Shown piece by piece: positions 9,529 to 19,485 of a stretch of DNA of 64,000 nucleotides. Origin of the DNA: Chloroflexota bacterium (GTDB lineage: Bacteria > Chloroflexota > Anaerolineae > Anaerolineales > Anaerolineaceae); NCBI GenBank assembly GCA_029561345.1, contig JAKQJC010000043.1, positions 181,958 through 245,957 on the forward strand. The letters run 5' to 3'. A program made the translations under genes and the position numbers. Each line of letters opens with the position of its first letter. Within the stretch, counting starts at the first letter, position 1. The notes under the pieces were generated by a model. The model saw only the letters and a list, made by a program, of their open reading frames with translations, did not search any database and was not told the DNA's origin.

Positions 9529-9564
9529 CGCTTCCCGGAAGGGAAGCGTTTTATTTTTGTTTGT
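9529..9564 (+). terminator. attenuator terminator of the his leader (CGCUUCCC-GGAA-GGGAAGCG followed by UUUUAUUUUUGUUUG)
   Basis: 8-bp GC-rich stem with a GNRA loop and a long U tract, about 15 nt before the hisG RBS. Confidence 0.7.
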
Positions 9565-9577
9565 CTCAGGAGGTGTG

Positions 9578-10582
9578 ATGGTTAACAGGGAAAATGAAAT
9601 CCGTCTGGCGCTGCCCAGCAAGGGTCCGCTGGCTGAGCCCGCCCTTGAACTGCTGGCGGCGGCCGGGTTGAAGGTCTATAAGCCCAACCCGCGCCAGTAC
9701 AGGGCCGTGATCCCCGATTTGCCGGGCCTGGTGGTGCTGTTTCAGCGCCCGGGCGATATCGTCATTTCGGTGCGCGACGGCAGCGTTGATTTTGGCGTCA
9801 CTGGCGGCGACGTGGTGGCCGAACACCGCGGCGAAAACGGGCATGTGCTGGTCATCCACCCCGGGCTGGGCTTCGGCCACTGCAGCCTGCAGATCATCGT
9901 CCCCGAAACCTGGGAGGATGTCAATGATATGGCCTCATTGATGGCGCGCGGGGCAGCCCTGGGCCGGCCTCTGCGCGTGGCCACCAAGTTCCCCAACCAA
10001 ACCCGCGCTTTTTTTGAGCAGCGCGGCCTGTCTCACTTTGAGCTGATTTTTGCCGAGGGCACCCTTGAGATTGCCCCCACTATCGGTTATGCCGACCTGA
10101 TCAGCGACCTGGTTTCCACCGGCACCACCCTGCGCGACAACCGCCTCAAGCCGCTCAGCGACGGCGCGGTGCTGCGTTCGCAGGCGGTGCTGGCGGCCAA
10201 CCGCGAGCGGCTGAAGCAAAACCCGGCCGTGCTGGGCATGGCACGCACCCTGCTGGAATTCATTGTTGCCACGCTGCGCGGCGAGGAAAATGTTTCAGTG
10301 TTCGCCAACATGCGCGGCGATTCAGCCGAAGCCATTGCCGGACGCATGTTCAGCCAGCAGACCATCGGCGGGCTGCAGGGCCCCACCCTTTCGCCGGTCA
10401 TCACCCGCCAGGGCGAGTGCTGGTTTGCCACGCATCTCATTGTGCGCAAGCGCGAGCTGGCCCAGGCCATTGCCGAGCTGCGCAGCGTGGGCGGCAGCGG
10501 GGTGGTGGTTTCGCCGGTGCTGTATATTTTCGAAGAAGAGCCGCAGGAGTACCGCGAGATGCTCCGGCAGATGGAGGCCTGA
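9578..10582 (+). CDS. hisG: ATP phosphoribosyltransferase, long form
   Basis: Strong family match (MVNRENEIRLALPSKG..., plus a C-terminal regulatory domain). GGAGG RBS. Start taken at the ATG inside ORF 9557-10582. Confidence 0.9.
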   Translation: MVNRENEIRLALPSKGPLAEPALELLAAAGLKVYKPNPRQYRAVIPDLPGLVVLFQRPGDIVISVRDGSVDFGVTGGDVVAEHRGENGHVLVIHPGLGFGHCSLQIIVPETWEDVNDMASLMARGAALGRPLRVATKFPNQTRAFFEQRGLSHFELIFAEGTLEIAPTIGYADLISDLVSTGTTLRDNRLKPLSDGAVLRSQAVLAANRERLKQNPAVLGMARTLLEFIVATLRGEENVSVFANMRGDSAEAIAGRMFSQQTIGGLQGPTLSPVITRQGECWFATHLIVRKRELAQAIAELRSVGGSGVVVSPVLYIFEEEPQEYREMLRQMEA

Positions 10583-10583
10583 A

Positions 10584-11900
10584 ATGTTAAAGATTTACGA
10601 TGTGGAAACGGCCCGCCAGGGCATTTTGAAACGCCAGCCCATGAGCCTGATGGCCTTTCCGGCCGCCGTGCAGGCGCGCACTGAGGCGCTTTTTGGCGCC
10701 GGGGTGACGCCGCAAATGGCCGTGACGCAAATTCTGCGCTCGGTGCAGCAGGAGGGCGATGCCGCCCTGCGCCGCTGGTCGCTGCTGCTGGACCGGGCTG
10801 TTGTGGACGATTTCAAGATCCCTTCCGGGGCGCTGCGCGCCGCCTGGGCGCAGACGGAGCCCGCCCTGCAGGAAGCCCTCAGGCTGGCCGCGGGGCGCAT
10901 CCGCCAGTTTCACGCCCTGCAGCCCCTGCCCAACTGGCAGACGGAGCAAATGGGCGGGCGCCTGGGCCAGCGCGTGACGGCGGTTGAAAAGGTGGGGGTG
11001 TATGTGCCGGGCGGGACGGCGCCCCTGCCGTCTTCGCTGCTCATGGCCGTGATTCCGGCCCAGGTGGCCGGGGTGAGCCGCATTGTGGTGTGCACCCCGC
11101 CCAACCCCAGCCCGGCCGTGCTGGCAGCGGCCCACCTCTGCGGGGTGAATGAGGTGTTTCAGGTGGGCGGAGCGCAGGCTGTGGCGGCCCTGGCCTTTGG
11201 CACCGAAAGCATTCCGCGCGTGGATAAGATCGTTGGGGCCGGCAATTTGTTTGTCACCCTGGCCAAGCAGCAGGTCTATGGGCTGGTGGGTCTCGACGGC
11301 CTGGCCGGACCCACCGAAACGGCGGTGATTGCCGACGACAGCGCCAACCCGGCCTGGGTGGCGGCGGACCTGCTGGCGCAGGCGGAGCATGACCTGCTGG
11401 CCAGCGCCATCCTCTTTACCCCGTCCTCAGACCTTGCCGGGGCGGTGCAGGCCGCGGTGATGGAACAGCTGAGTGGGCTGGGCCGCGCTGACATCATTCG
11501 CCAATCGCTGGAAAACGCCAGCGGCATTGTGCTCACCCCTGACCTGGACACGGCCGCCGCCCTGGCCAGCGATTATGCCCCCGAGCACCTGTGTTTCGCC
11601 GTGCGCAATCCGCAGAAGGTCGCCGAACGGGTGCGCAACGCCGGCGGATTTTTCCTTGGCGAGGGCTCCTTTGAGGTGCTGGGCGATTACGTGGCCGGTC
11701 CCAGCCATGTGATGCCCACCGGCGGCACGGCGCGCTTCGCCTCGCCGCTGAATGTGATGGATTTTGTCAAAATCACCAGCCTTGTCGCGCTGGATCCAGC
11801 CACCAGCCGCGTCCTGAGCGCCGCGGCCGTCCGCATCGCCGCTGTGGAACAGCTCAGCGGGCATGCCGCCGCTGCCCGTTTCCGCGCGGAAGGAATATAA
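10584..11900 (+). CDS. hisD: histidinol dehydrogenase
   Basis: MLKIYDVETARQ... with a conserved HisD core. The ATG lies 1 nt after the hisG stop. The ORF-track extension back to 10263 is spurious. Confidence 0.92.
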   Translation: MLKIYDVETARQGILKRQPMSLMAFPAAVQARTEALFGAGVTPQMAVTQILRSVQQEGDAALRRWSLLLDRAVVDDFKIPSGALRAAWAQTEPALQEALRLAAGRIRQFHALQPLPNWQTEQMGGRLGQRVTAVEKVGVYVPGGTAPLPSSLLMAVIPAQVAGVSRIVVCTPPNPSPAVLAAAHLCGVNEVFQVGGAQAVAALAFGTESIPRVDKIVGAGNLFVTLAKQQVYGLVGLDGLAGPTETAVIADDSANPAWVAADLLAQAEHDLLASAILFTPSSDLAGAVQAAVMEQLSGLGRADIIRQSLENASGIVLTPDLDTAAALASDYAPEHLCFAVRNPQKVAERVRNAGGFFLGEGSFEVLGDYVAGPSHVMPTGGTARFASPLNVMDFVKITSLVALDPATSRVLSAAAVRIAAVEQLSGHAAAARFRAEGI

Positions 11901-11911
11901 AGGAGGTCAGC

Positions 11912-13006
11912 ATGTTTGATGTCACCACGTTGATGCGCGGGCATATCGAGGATATGCCTGCTTACGAACCCGTTCAGGCTTTTGAGCAGATGGCGCGCCA
12001 GCTGCACTGCCCGGTGGAAAAAATTATCAAGCTCGACGCCAACGAGAATCCCTACGGAGCGCACCCGGCGGTGGGCCGGGCCCTGGCTGCGCTGAACGGC
12101 GCGCACGTCTATCCCGATTCCGGCTGCACGGCCCTGCGCGAAGCCCTGGCCGCTGCCCACGGCATCCCCGTTGAAAACATCATCGCCGGGGCTGGCTCGG
12201 ATGAGCTGATTGACCTGATCATGCGCCTGCTGGTGGACCCGGATGATGTGATCCTCAACTGCCCGCCCACCTTCGGCATGTATGCCTTCGATGCCGGTCT
12301 TTACCGCGCCCGGCTGGTGCAGGTGGCGCGCCGCCCCGATTTCAGCCTTGACCTGGAGGCCATTGAGAACGCCGTGGCGCAGGAAAAACCCAAAATTCTC
12401 TTTCTGGCCTCGCCCAACAATCCCGATGGCAGCCTGATCCCCGCGGCGGCAATTGAGCGCCTGCTGAAACTGCCCGTGCTGGTGGTGCTTGACGAAGCCT
12501 ATATCGAATTTGCCGGGGCCGGCCGTTCCTTTATTGGCCGTGTGCCCGAACAGGATAATCTGGTGGTGCTGCGCACCTTCAGCAAGTGGGCCGGGCTGGC
12601 CGGGCTGCGCGTGGGTTACGGCGCTTTTCCGGCGGCGCTCGCCCCGCACCTGTGGAAGGTCAAGCAGCCCTACACGGTTTCGGTGGCCGCCAGCACCGCC
12701 GCCCTGGTTTCGCTGCAGCACGCGGATGAGCTTAACCAGACCGGTCAGCGCCTGGTGGCGGAGCGCGAGCGCCTGCTGGCCGGGCTGCGCCAGATTTCCT
12801 ACCTCAGCCCGCTGCCTTCGCAGGCCAATTTCATCCTCTGCAAAGTGGAGGACCGCGCCGCCCTCGAGCTGAAACATTCCCTGGCCTGGATGGGCATTCT
12901 GGTGCGCTATTTTAACCAGGCCGGGCTGAAAAATTTCATCCGCATCAGCGTTGGCCGCCCGCAGGATACCGATGCCCTGCTGGAAGCCCTGCGTTATGTG
13001 GCCTAG
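11912..13006 (+). CDS. hisC: histidinol-phosphate aminotransferase
   Basis: Class-II aminotransferase with the LDANENPYG and pyridoxal-phosphate lysine region (FSKWAGLAGLRVGY). Confidence 0.92.
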   Translation: MFDVTTLMRGHIEDMPAYEPVQAFEQMARQLHCPVEKIIKLDANENPYGAHPAVGRALAALNGAHVYPDSGCTALREALAAAHGIPVENIIAGAGSDELIDLIMRLLVDPDDVILNCPPTFGMYAFDAGLYRARLVQVARRPDFSLDLEAIENAVAQEKPKILFLASPNNPDGSLIPAAAIERLLKLPVLVVLDEAYIEFAGAGRSFIGRVPEQDNLVVLRTFSKWAGLAGLRVGYGAFPAALAPHLWKVKQPYTVSVAASTAALVSLQHADELNQTGQRLVAERERLLAGLRQISYLSPLPSQANFILCKVEDRAALELKHSLAWMGILVRYFNQAGLKNFIRISVGRPQDTDALLEALRYVA

Positions 13007-13038
13007 AAACCTGACGGCCCGGCAGAAAGGAGAACAAC

Positions 13039-13629
13039 ATGCGCGCAGGTGAAATCAACCGCAAGACCAATGAAACCGAAATAGCCGTGCGCTGGACGCT
13101 GGATGGCAGCGGCAGGCACCAGATTGACACCGGTCTCGGCTTCCTCAACCATATGCTGGCGCAGGTGGCGGTGCACGGCCTGTTTGACCTGGATGTGACC
13201 GCCCGCGGCGACCTGGAGGTGGACCCCCACCACACAGTTGAGGATACGGCCCTGGCGCTGGGGCAGGCCCTCGACCAGGCTCTGGGCAGCCGCGCCGGCA
13301 TTGTGCGCATGGGCTCGGCTTATGCGCCTATGGATGACGCCCTGGCCTTTGTCTGCGTGGATCTTTCTGGCCGGCCTTACCCGCTGATCCAGGCCGAATG
13401 GCGCGCGCCCGTGCTGGGCGGCATTCCCACCAGCCTTTTTGAGCATTTTCTGGCCTCGCTGGCGGTGGCGGCCCGCTGCAACCTGCACGCCCGCGTGCTC
13501 TATGCCCGCGACGACCACCACCAGGCCGAAGCGCTTTTCAAAGCCCTGGGCCGCGCGCTGGATGCTGCCGTGCAGCTCGATCCGCGCCGGGGGAGCCGCC
13601 TGCCCAGCTCGAAAGGTGTTCTCTCATGA
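13039..13629 (+). CDS. hisB: imidazoleglycerol-phosphate dehydratase
   Basis: RKTNETEI... IGPD signature motifs. Confidence 0.92.
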   Translation: MRAGEINRKTNETEIAVRWTLDGSGRHQIDTGLGFLNHMLAQVAVHGLFDLDVTARGDLEVDPHHTVEDTALALGQALDQALGSRAGIVRMGSAYAPMDDALAFVCVDLSGRPYPLIQAEWRAPVLGGIPTSLFEHFLASLAVAARCNLHARVLYARDDHHQAEALFKALGRALDAAVQLDPRRGSRLPSSKGVLS

Positions 13630-14231
13630 TTGCCCTGGTGGATTACGGCGCCGGAAACCTGCGCTCGGTGGAAAAAGCCCTGGCTGCCAGCGGCGCCGAA
13701 GTGCGCCTGGCGGGCTCGCCGCAGGATATTCTTGCCGCAGATAAAGTGGTGCTGCCGGGCGTGGGCGCTTTTGCCGACTGCATGGCGGGTTTGCAGCAGC
13801 GCGGCCTGACGGCGGCGCTGCGCCAGGCTGTGGCTGAAAACCGGCCTTTTCTGGGCATTTGTGTGGGCATGCAGCTTCTTTTTGAAACCGGCGAAGAAAT
13901 GGGCCGGCATGCCGGGCTGGGCTTGCTGGCCGGGCGGGTGCCGCGTTTTCCCGCGGGCAGTCTGAAAACCCCTCAAACCGGCTGGAATCAGATCTTTTTT
14001 GACCGGACGCACCCCCTGCTGAGCGGTCTTGAAACCGGCTGCTATGTCTATTTCAACCACAGCTACTACTGCGCTCCGGCGGACGCCGGGGTGACCCTGG
14101 CCCAAACCACCTACGGGCTGACCTATGCCAGCATGGTGGCGCGCGGCCGTCTCTATGGGGTGCAGTTTCACCCTGAAAAAAGTCAGGCGGTGGGGCTGCG
14201 CATTTTACGCAATTTTGTGGAGCAAGGCTGA
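13626..14231 (+). CDS. hisH: imidazole glycerol phosphate synthase, glutamine amidotransferase subunit
   Basis: MIALVDYGAGNLRSV with a GATase class-I Cys-His-Glu arrangement. Confidence 0.92.
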   Translation: MIALVDYGAGNLRSVEKALAASGAEVRLAGSPQDILAADKVVLPGVGAFADCMAGLQQRGLTAALRQAVAENRPFLGICVGMQLLFETGEEMGRHAGLGLLAGRVPRFPAGSLKTPQTGWNQIFFDRTHPLLSGLETGCYVYFNHSYYCAPADAGVTLAQTTYGLTYASMVARGRLYGVQFHPEKSQAVGLRILRNFVEQG

Positions 14232-14959
14232 TGAGTGATTTTACCGTTTTTCCTGCCATCGATATCCGCCAGGGGCGCGTGGTGCGCCTGGCCCAGGGCG
14301 ACGCCGCCCGCGAAACCATCTATGCCGCCGACCCTGCCGGGACGGCGCGGCGCTGGCTGGATGCCGGTGCTGCCTGGCTGCATGTGGTCAACCTTGACGG
14401 CGCCCTGGAGCAGCCCGATGCCCTGAACCACCGCGCCCTCGCGGATGTTCTGGCCCAGGCGCAGGGCCGCGCCCGGGTGCAGTTCGGCGGCGGCCTGCGC
14501 AGCCTGCCGGCGGCCGCCCTGGCCCTGGAAATGGGCGTCAGCCGCGTGGTGCTCGGCACCCTGGCCGCGCAGGACCCGGCCAGCCTGCAGCTCCTTTTGC
14601 GGCGCTTTGGCCCTGCCGCCGTGGCGGTGGGGGTGGATGCCCGCGGCGGGCAGGTGCAGGTGAGCGGTTGGACCCGTGCCGCAGAGCAGGATGTGCTGCC
14701 TTTCTGCCTGGGGTTGAAGCAGCTGGGCGTTGAGACCGTGATCTACACCGATATTGCCCGCGACGGACTGGAAACCGGCGTGGATGTGGGCACGGCGCGC
14801 CAGATTGCCAGCCTTTGCCAGCTTGAGGTGATTGCTTCGGGCGGCGCGGCCGGACTGTCTGATATCCGCAGCGCGCGCCAGGCCGGCCTGGCCGGGGTGA
14901 TTGTGGGGCGCGCCCTGTATGAAGGGCGTTTTCAGCTCGCGGAGGCGCTCTCATGTTAG
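14231..14959 (+). CDS. hisA: 1-(5-phosphoribosyl)-5-[(5-phosphoribosylamino)methylideneamino]imidazole-4-carboxamide isomerase
   Basis: [14 protein letters not shown]isA signature. The start overlaps the hisH stop. Confidence 0.92.
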   Translation: MSDFTVFPAIDIRQGRVVRLAQGDAARETIYAADPAGTARRWLDAGAAWLHVVNLDGALEQPDALNHRALADVLAQAQGRARVQFGGGLRSLPAAALALEMGVSRVVLGTLAAQDPASLQLLLRRFGPAAVAVGVDARGGQVQVSGWTRAAEQDVLPFCLGLKQLGVETVIYTDIARDGLETGVDVGTARQIASLCQLEVIASGGAAGLSDIRSARQAGLAGVIVGRALYEGRFQLAEALSC

Positions 14960-15747
14960 CGCAGCGCATCATTCCCTGCCTGGATGTGAAAGACGGCCGG
15001 GTGGTGAAGGGCGTGCAGTTTGTGCACCTGCGCGACGCCGGAGACCCGGTGGCCCAGGCCCGCCTCTATGACCGCATGGGCGCGGATGAACTGGTGTTTC
15101 TGGATATTTCCGCCAGCGCCCAGGGACGCGATACCACCGTGGAAGTGGTGCGGCGCGTGGCGGACCAGGTTTTCCTGCCCCTGACGGTGGGCGGCGGCAT
15201 CCGCTCGGCAGCGGATATGCGCCGCTTGCTGCTGGCCGGCGCTGATAAAATCAGCATCAACACGGCCGCCGTGCTGCGCCCTGAACTGCTCAGCGAAGGG
15301 GCAGCGCGCTTTGGCAGCCAGTGCGTGGTGCTGGCGGTGGATGCGCGGCGCCGTGCGCAAGGCGGCTGGGAAGTGTATACCCACGGTGGGCGCACGCCCA
15401 CCGGCCTGGACGCGGTGGAATGGGCCTGCCGCGCGGTGGAACTGGGGGCCGGTGAAATTTTGCTCACCAGCATGGACTGCGACGGCCGTCTGACGGGCTA
15501 TGACCTGGCCCTGACCCGCGCCGTGGCTGAAGCCGTGCCCGTGCCGATCATTGCCAGCGGCGGGGCCGGCACGGTGGAAGATTTTGCCGCCGTGCTGGAT
15601 GCAGGGAAGGCCGACGCTGCCCTGGCAGCCTCGCTCTTTCATGACCGCAAGCTGAGCATCGCTGCGGTCAAGCAGCACCTGCTGGCCTGCGGCCTGCCCA
15701 TCCGGCCGGTGTTTGCTGAAATTTCAACGGAGGAAGACGATGAATGA
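14953..15747 (+). CDS. hisF: imidazole glycerol phosphate synthase, cyclase subunit
   Basis: [16 protein letters not shown]isF signature. Confidence 0.92.
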   Translation: MLAQRIIPCLDVKDGRVVKGVQFVHLRDAGDPVAQARLYDRMGADELVFLDISASAQGRDTTVEVVRRVADQVFLPLTVGGGIRSAADMRRLLLAGADKISINTAAVLRPELLSEGAARFGSQCVVLAVDARRRAQGGWEVYTHGGRTPTGLDAVEWACRAVELGAGEILLTSMDCDGRLTGYDLALTRAVAEAVPVPIIASGGAGTVEDFAAVLDAGKADAALAASLFHDRKLSIAAVKQHLLACGLPIRPVFAEISTEEDDE

Positions 15748-16081
15748 GGCGGCTGTTTCGCTGGATGAGCTGCGCTGGGATGAGCGCGGCCTGCTGCCGG
15801 CCGTGGCGCAGGATGCGCAAAGCGGCCAGGTGCTGATGGTGGCCTGGATGAACCGCGCCGCCCTCGACCTGACCTGCCAGACTGGCCTGGTCCATTTTTG
15901 GAGCCGCAGCCGCCAATCCCTGTGGCTGAAGGGCGAAAGTTCGGGGCATTTTCTGCGCCTTTGCGAGCTGCGCGTGGACTGCGACGCCGACACCCTGCTG
16001 CTGCGGGTCAACCCCGCGGGACCCGCCTGTCACACCGGCGCAGCAAGCTGTTTCTATCGAAAACTGGAGTCAATATGCTGA
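15740..16081 (+). CDS. hisI: phosphoribosyl-AMP cyclohydrolase
   Basis: [25 protein letters not shown]... Start is the internal ATG of ORF 15713, preceded by a GGAGG RBS. Confidence 0.88.
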   Translation: MNEAAVSLDELRWDERGLLPAVAQDAQSGQVLMVAWMNRAALDLTCQTGLVHFWSRSRQSLWLKGESSGHFLRLCELRVDCDADTLLLRVNPAGPACHTGAASCFYRKLESIC

Positions 16082-16362
16082 ATGAATTATCTGCTTTGAT
16101 TGAACATCGTAAAAAAGAACCCCTGGAAGGTTCCTACACCTGCAAATTGTTTGCCCGGGGTGAAGATGTGATCCTCAAGAAGGTGGGCGAAGAGGCCATG
16201 GAAGTGATTCTGGCGGCCAAGGGCCAGGGCCGCCAGCGCCTGGTTGAAGAAACCGCCGACCTGCTCTACCATCTGCTGGTGATGCTGGCGCAGTATGGTA
16301 TCAGCCTGGCGGATGTGGAAGACGAACTGCGCGCGCGCCATGCGGCGAAAAGCGGCGGTTGA
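16075..16362 (+). CDS. hisE: phosphoribosyl-ATP pyrophosphatase
   Basis: [26 protein letters not shown]... It overlaps the hisI stop; the two are separate genes, not a fusion. Confidence 0.88.
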   Translation: MLNELSALIEHRKKEPLEGSYTCKLFARGEDVILKKVGEEAMEVILAAKGQGRQRLVEETADLLYHLLVMLAQYGISLADVEDELRARHAAKSGG

Positions 16363-16389
16363 CCTCCCTTCACGCAAATTCTGGCTAAA

Positions 16390-16428
16390 AAGACAGAGCG
16401 GCCGTCATTGGCTGCCCTGTCTTTTTAA
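16390..16428 (+). terminator. rho-independent terminator ending the his operon
   Basis: Imperfect GC-rich hairpin (GACAGAGCGGCC...GGCUGCCCUGUC) followed by UUUUUAAU. Confidence 0.55.
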
Positions 16429-16515
16429 TGAGCAGGTGCGCAGGTTTCACCCGTTGATGATGCTGAAACAGCCGCCAGCTTCCTTCACATGCCAGTTTTA
16501 AAACAGCTGGTAAAG

Positions 16516-16543
16516 TTGCCCTATCCGAGGTATAGTATAAATA
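16516..16543 (+). promoter_or_regulatory. candidate promoter for the Kelch-repeat gene (TTGCCC-16 nt-TAAATA)
   Basis: An AT-rich promoter-like element 40 nt upstream of the GGAGG RBS. Confidence 0.3.
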
Positions 16544-16581
16544 TCAATTCAACACAAAAAAAAGTACTCTTTGGAGGAAAT

Positions 16582-18810
16582 ATGAAACAAAAAATTATTC
16601 CCTTGCTGGGGATCTGCCTGATATTGGCGCTGGTTTTTGCCGTCAGCGCACCCGGAACCAGTTATGCGCAGATTCTGGAAGTCACGCCTGACCCCGGCGT
16701 TGACAGCGAAGGTTCTGTTTTGCTGCCTGCACCGTTGATGGAGAGCGAACCTGCCGGCGAAACCTGCAATGACCCGAACCTCATTTTTTGCTCGGCCCCG
16801 GCGGTTAACTGGCAACAAGTGAGCTCTCTGCCGGTGGCGGTTTATGGCGCAGCAGTGGTCACCGATGGATACTACCTGTACGTAATCGGGGGAGGTGACG
16901 GCAGCCCGTCTGACCAGTTCTTGCGATACAACCCTGCGGCAAACATCTGGACCGCTCTTCCCAACCTTCCAGTGGCCAGTCTGGATGGAATGGCGTTTTA
17001 TCTGGATGGGAAAATTTACTACGTCGGGGGGTTTGACCTTTCAGTTGTCCAAAAAACGGTCTATATCTACTCGTTTGTCACCGGCACCTGGACCAGCGGC
17101 GCTGATATGCCAGAGGCGCGTCACCAGATGGGCGGCGGTATCTATAACCATAAGATTTATGTGGCGGGCGGTTATTTAACCAATGAGCTTCCTTCAGTTA
17201 GGAATCAGCTCTGGGAATATGATCCGGCTTTAAATTCATGGAGCGCCAAAACGACGATGCCGATCGGCGTCTCTGGCCCGGCATCCGGTGTGTTCGGTTA
17301 TCACCTCTATATTCTTGGCGGCCGAAAAGCTGACGGAGCCAGCCTGAACACCGTATATATTTATGATTTTCTTTCAGACACCTGGTCCACAGGAGCCAAT
17401 ATGCCCACCGCGGTCAATTATCCCGCCAGTGTTGTCTATAACAGCCATATCTGGTTGATGGGCGGGGGAAATCCCTTTATGACCGGCGATACCGGCGTTT
17501 CCAACGACCCTCAGGCTCTGGGGGTCACCCAGATATATGATCCCATCCGGAACACATGGGCTTATGGGCCAAACCAGATTTTGGCCAAATCATTCCATAA
17601 CGGTGCTGTGATCGGCCAGAGCATTTATACAGTCGGCGGATTTGCATCTGGCGCCTCATACCTGGTTGAAAGATTGACCCAGAAGCCAATGAAAATTCTG
17701 ATCATTTATGCTGATGCACATGTCGCACCTGCAAAATTGCGCATGGATTTGCTGGCCACCCCGGGCGTCGGCCAGGTGGATGTGATGAATGGCCAGACCA
17801 TCTCACCGACCTCTGCCCATCTGCTCAACTATGATCTGGTGGCGGCGTTTTCAAACGGGACTTATGCCAACCCCGATTCTGTTGGAACGGCTCTGGCTAA
17901 TTATCTGAGCGGTGGGGGAATTGTGGTGGAGATGCCGTTCAATTTTTCTTCAGGCTATGCGCCCGGTGGGTTGTGGGCGGCCGGGAATTATTCACCCTAT
18001 ATCACCAGCACCAATAAATTTTCTGAGGTCACCTTGAGCCTGACGGGATCCACTCATCCCCTGTTTCAGGATGTCAGCACCCTCACGGCCTATTATCACA
18101 CCACCCCCGATTTATCTATAAACGCTGTCAGCCTGGCCAGTTGGAGCGATTATACATCGGCGGTTGCCGTGAAGGACAATGTGGTGGCGATTAATGCCTA
18201 TCTGGGCGATTATTCTGGACGCTGGGGCGGCGATTTCGCCCAAATCATTGTCAATGCCGGAAACTGGCTGTGGCGGGGAAATATGGGCTGTGAAAGGTCG
18301 ATTTGCAATGATCCGATTCGGATCACCGATTCTCTCGGCGCTTCAGATGCCACTCAGACATCTCGACTGTTACGCGATGATCCTGAGAACACCTGTGCGG
18401 CGCCGCAAAGCTGCTCCGTTTACGCCTCAACAGACGTGGTGCGTTATAACGCTTACGCTTTTATAAATAATTCGGATGCTTCACAATGTGTCAACGTCAC
18501 CGTTGTCAACGAAAGCTGCGGCACAGTGCAGCTTCAAAGCGCCACCTATCTCAACAGTTATGACCCTAATAATCTCTGCGCCAACTTCCTTGGAGATATT
18601 GGCAGTACGGTAACGGGTACCAATTCGTATTCTGTGACGGTGCCTGCCTGGACAAAATACACGGTGGTGGTGAATACGGTAAATCCAGCGGCGTCCTGCT
18701 CGACCTATCAGTTGATTGTGGAACCAGGAGAATGCCCGATTAAGAAGATTGCACTGCCAGCGGTATTCAAGTATATCGGACTTAGGCAAGACGAGAGGGT
18801 TGACGAATGA
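16582..18810 (+). CDS. secreted Kelch-repeat beta-propeller protein with C-terminal extension domains
   Basis: Signal peptide MKQKIIPLLGICLILALVFAVSAPGTSYA. Repeated Kelch motifs (YxxGG..., W at blade ends). The C-terminus has a Cys-rich PPC-like tail. Coding GC is about 52%, far below neighbouring genes. Confidence 0.75.
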   Translation: MKQKIIPLLGICLILALVFAVSAPGTSYAQILEVTPDPGVDSEGSVLLPAPLMESEPAGETCNDPNLIFCSAPAVNWQQVSSLPVAVYGAAVVTDGYYLYVIGGGDGSPSDQFLRYNPAANIWTALPNLPVASLDGMAFYLDGKIYYVGGFDLSVVQKTVYIYSFVTGTWTSGADMPEARHQMGGGIYNHKIYVAGGYLTNELPSVRNQLWEYDPALNSWSAKTTMPIGVSGPASGVFGYHLYILGGRKADGASLNTVYIYDFLSDTWSTGANMPTAVNYPASVVYNSHIWLMGGGNPFMTGDTGVSNDPQALGVTQIYDPIRNTWAYGPNQILAKSFHNGAVIGQSIYTVGGFASGASYLVERLTQKPMKILIIYADAHVAPAKLRMDLLATPGVGQVDVMNGQTISPTSAHLLNYDLVAAFSNGTYANPDSVGTALANYLSGGGIVVEMPFNFSSGYAPGGLWAAGNYSPYITSTNKFSEVTLSLTGSTHPLFQDVSTLTAYYHTTPDLSINAVSLASWSDYTSAVAVKDNVVAINAYLGDYSGRWGGDFAQIIVNAGNWLWRGNMGCERSICNDPIRITDSLGASDATQTSRLLRDDPENTCAAPQSCSVYASTDVVRYNAYAFINNSDASQCVNVTVVNESCGTVQLQSATYLNSYDPNNLCANFLGDIGSTVTGTNSYSVTVPAWTKYTVVVNTVNPAASCSTYQLIVEPGECPIKKIALPAVFKYIGLRQDERVDE

Positions 18811-19440
18811 AGAGGAAGTCGGTATGGTTACGGCATGGAACCCCAAAAAGAGCCAGTAACCCATATTGATTATTGTCAATACCCGCTGGTGGGCCAGATC
18901 AATGACACGCTCACCAACCAGGCAGCTCACACCGAGAAATTCAGCCACGACTGGCACACAAGACCATCGTCGAGTGGAAAGTCTGACATGGAGTGGCATC
19001 GAGCAGCAGTGCCGCAAAGCAAGCATTGTCAGGAACCGGATCGGCTGCGTCAGGTTGGTGCGGCTTCGCCTTAAGCAAGCCGCTCATGAAATGCAGCGAA
19101 CCATTTATCAGGTCAGGCACAGCTTGCTGAATGGTTATCTGCGCCAACAACGCAAATCACCTGCCGTTCTCATGTGTCTTGCGTAAGTCCGAGGGATTTT
19201 ATAAACGAAAGAACCGTTCAGGCATGACAAAAAAGCTGCTTAGACCGTTCCCAGAAAATCCCTGCCTGCCCTCTTGCTCTTGCCAGGGGCGTCAGAGGGG
19301 CGCCGAGAGCGAGCATCACTTGCAAGGCTTTCAAGCTGGCTTCGACCCTCTTCGAGGGCAGGCAAAGGCTCAGCCAGCGGCATTTAGCTACCGGCCTGAG
19401 CAGTTGCGATAAAAAATATCGCATCACAAGCTCTAACTGT

Positions 19441-19476
19441 GTAAAAAGTACAGGGTGGACCGCATGATCCACCCTG
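19441..19476 (-). terminator. rho-independent terminator of the EccC-like gene
   Basis: Perfect 9-bp stem CAGGGUGGA/UCCACCCUG, followed on the minus strand by UACUUUUUAC. Confidence 0.7.
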
Positions 19477-19485
19477 CAAACTGGT

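Noticed and set aside
9475-9530. Explicit antiterminator (2:3) helix for the his attenuator
   Set aside because: I found only weak candidate pairings (GUCUGA...UCAGAC). The attenuator call therefore rests on the leader peptide plus terminator, and the alternative fold remains unverified.
10263-10583. N-terminal extensions in the ORF track (hisD from 10263, hisG from 9557, Kelch gene from 16489, flotillin from 49532, MTase from 51571, icd from 28001)
   Set aside because: RBS positions, homology boundaries and upstream gene stops support the internal start codons used in the feature list.
18830-19440. Possible RNase P RNA (GGAAAGUCUGAC, AAGUCCGAGGG, GGGCAGGCAAAGG words)
   Set aside because: I could not assemble the P4 helix (AGUCCGGG / CCCGGCU) or the ACAGAA context on either strand. 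I am leaving it as an unassigned structured region rather than calling an ncRNA.
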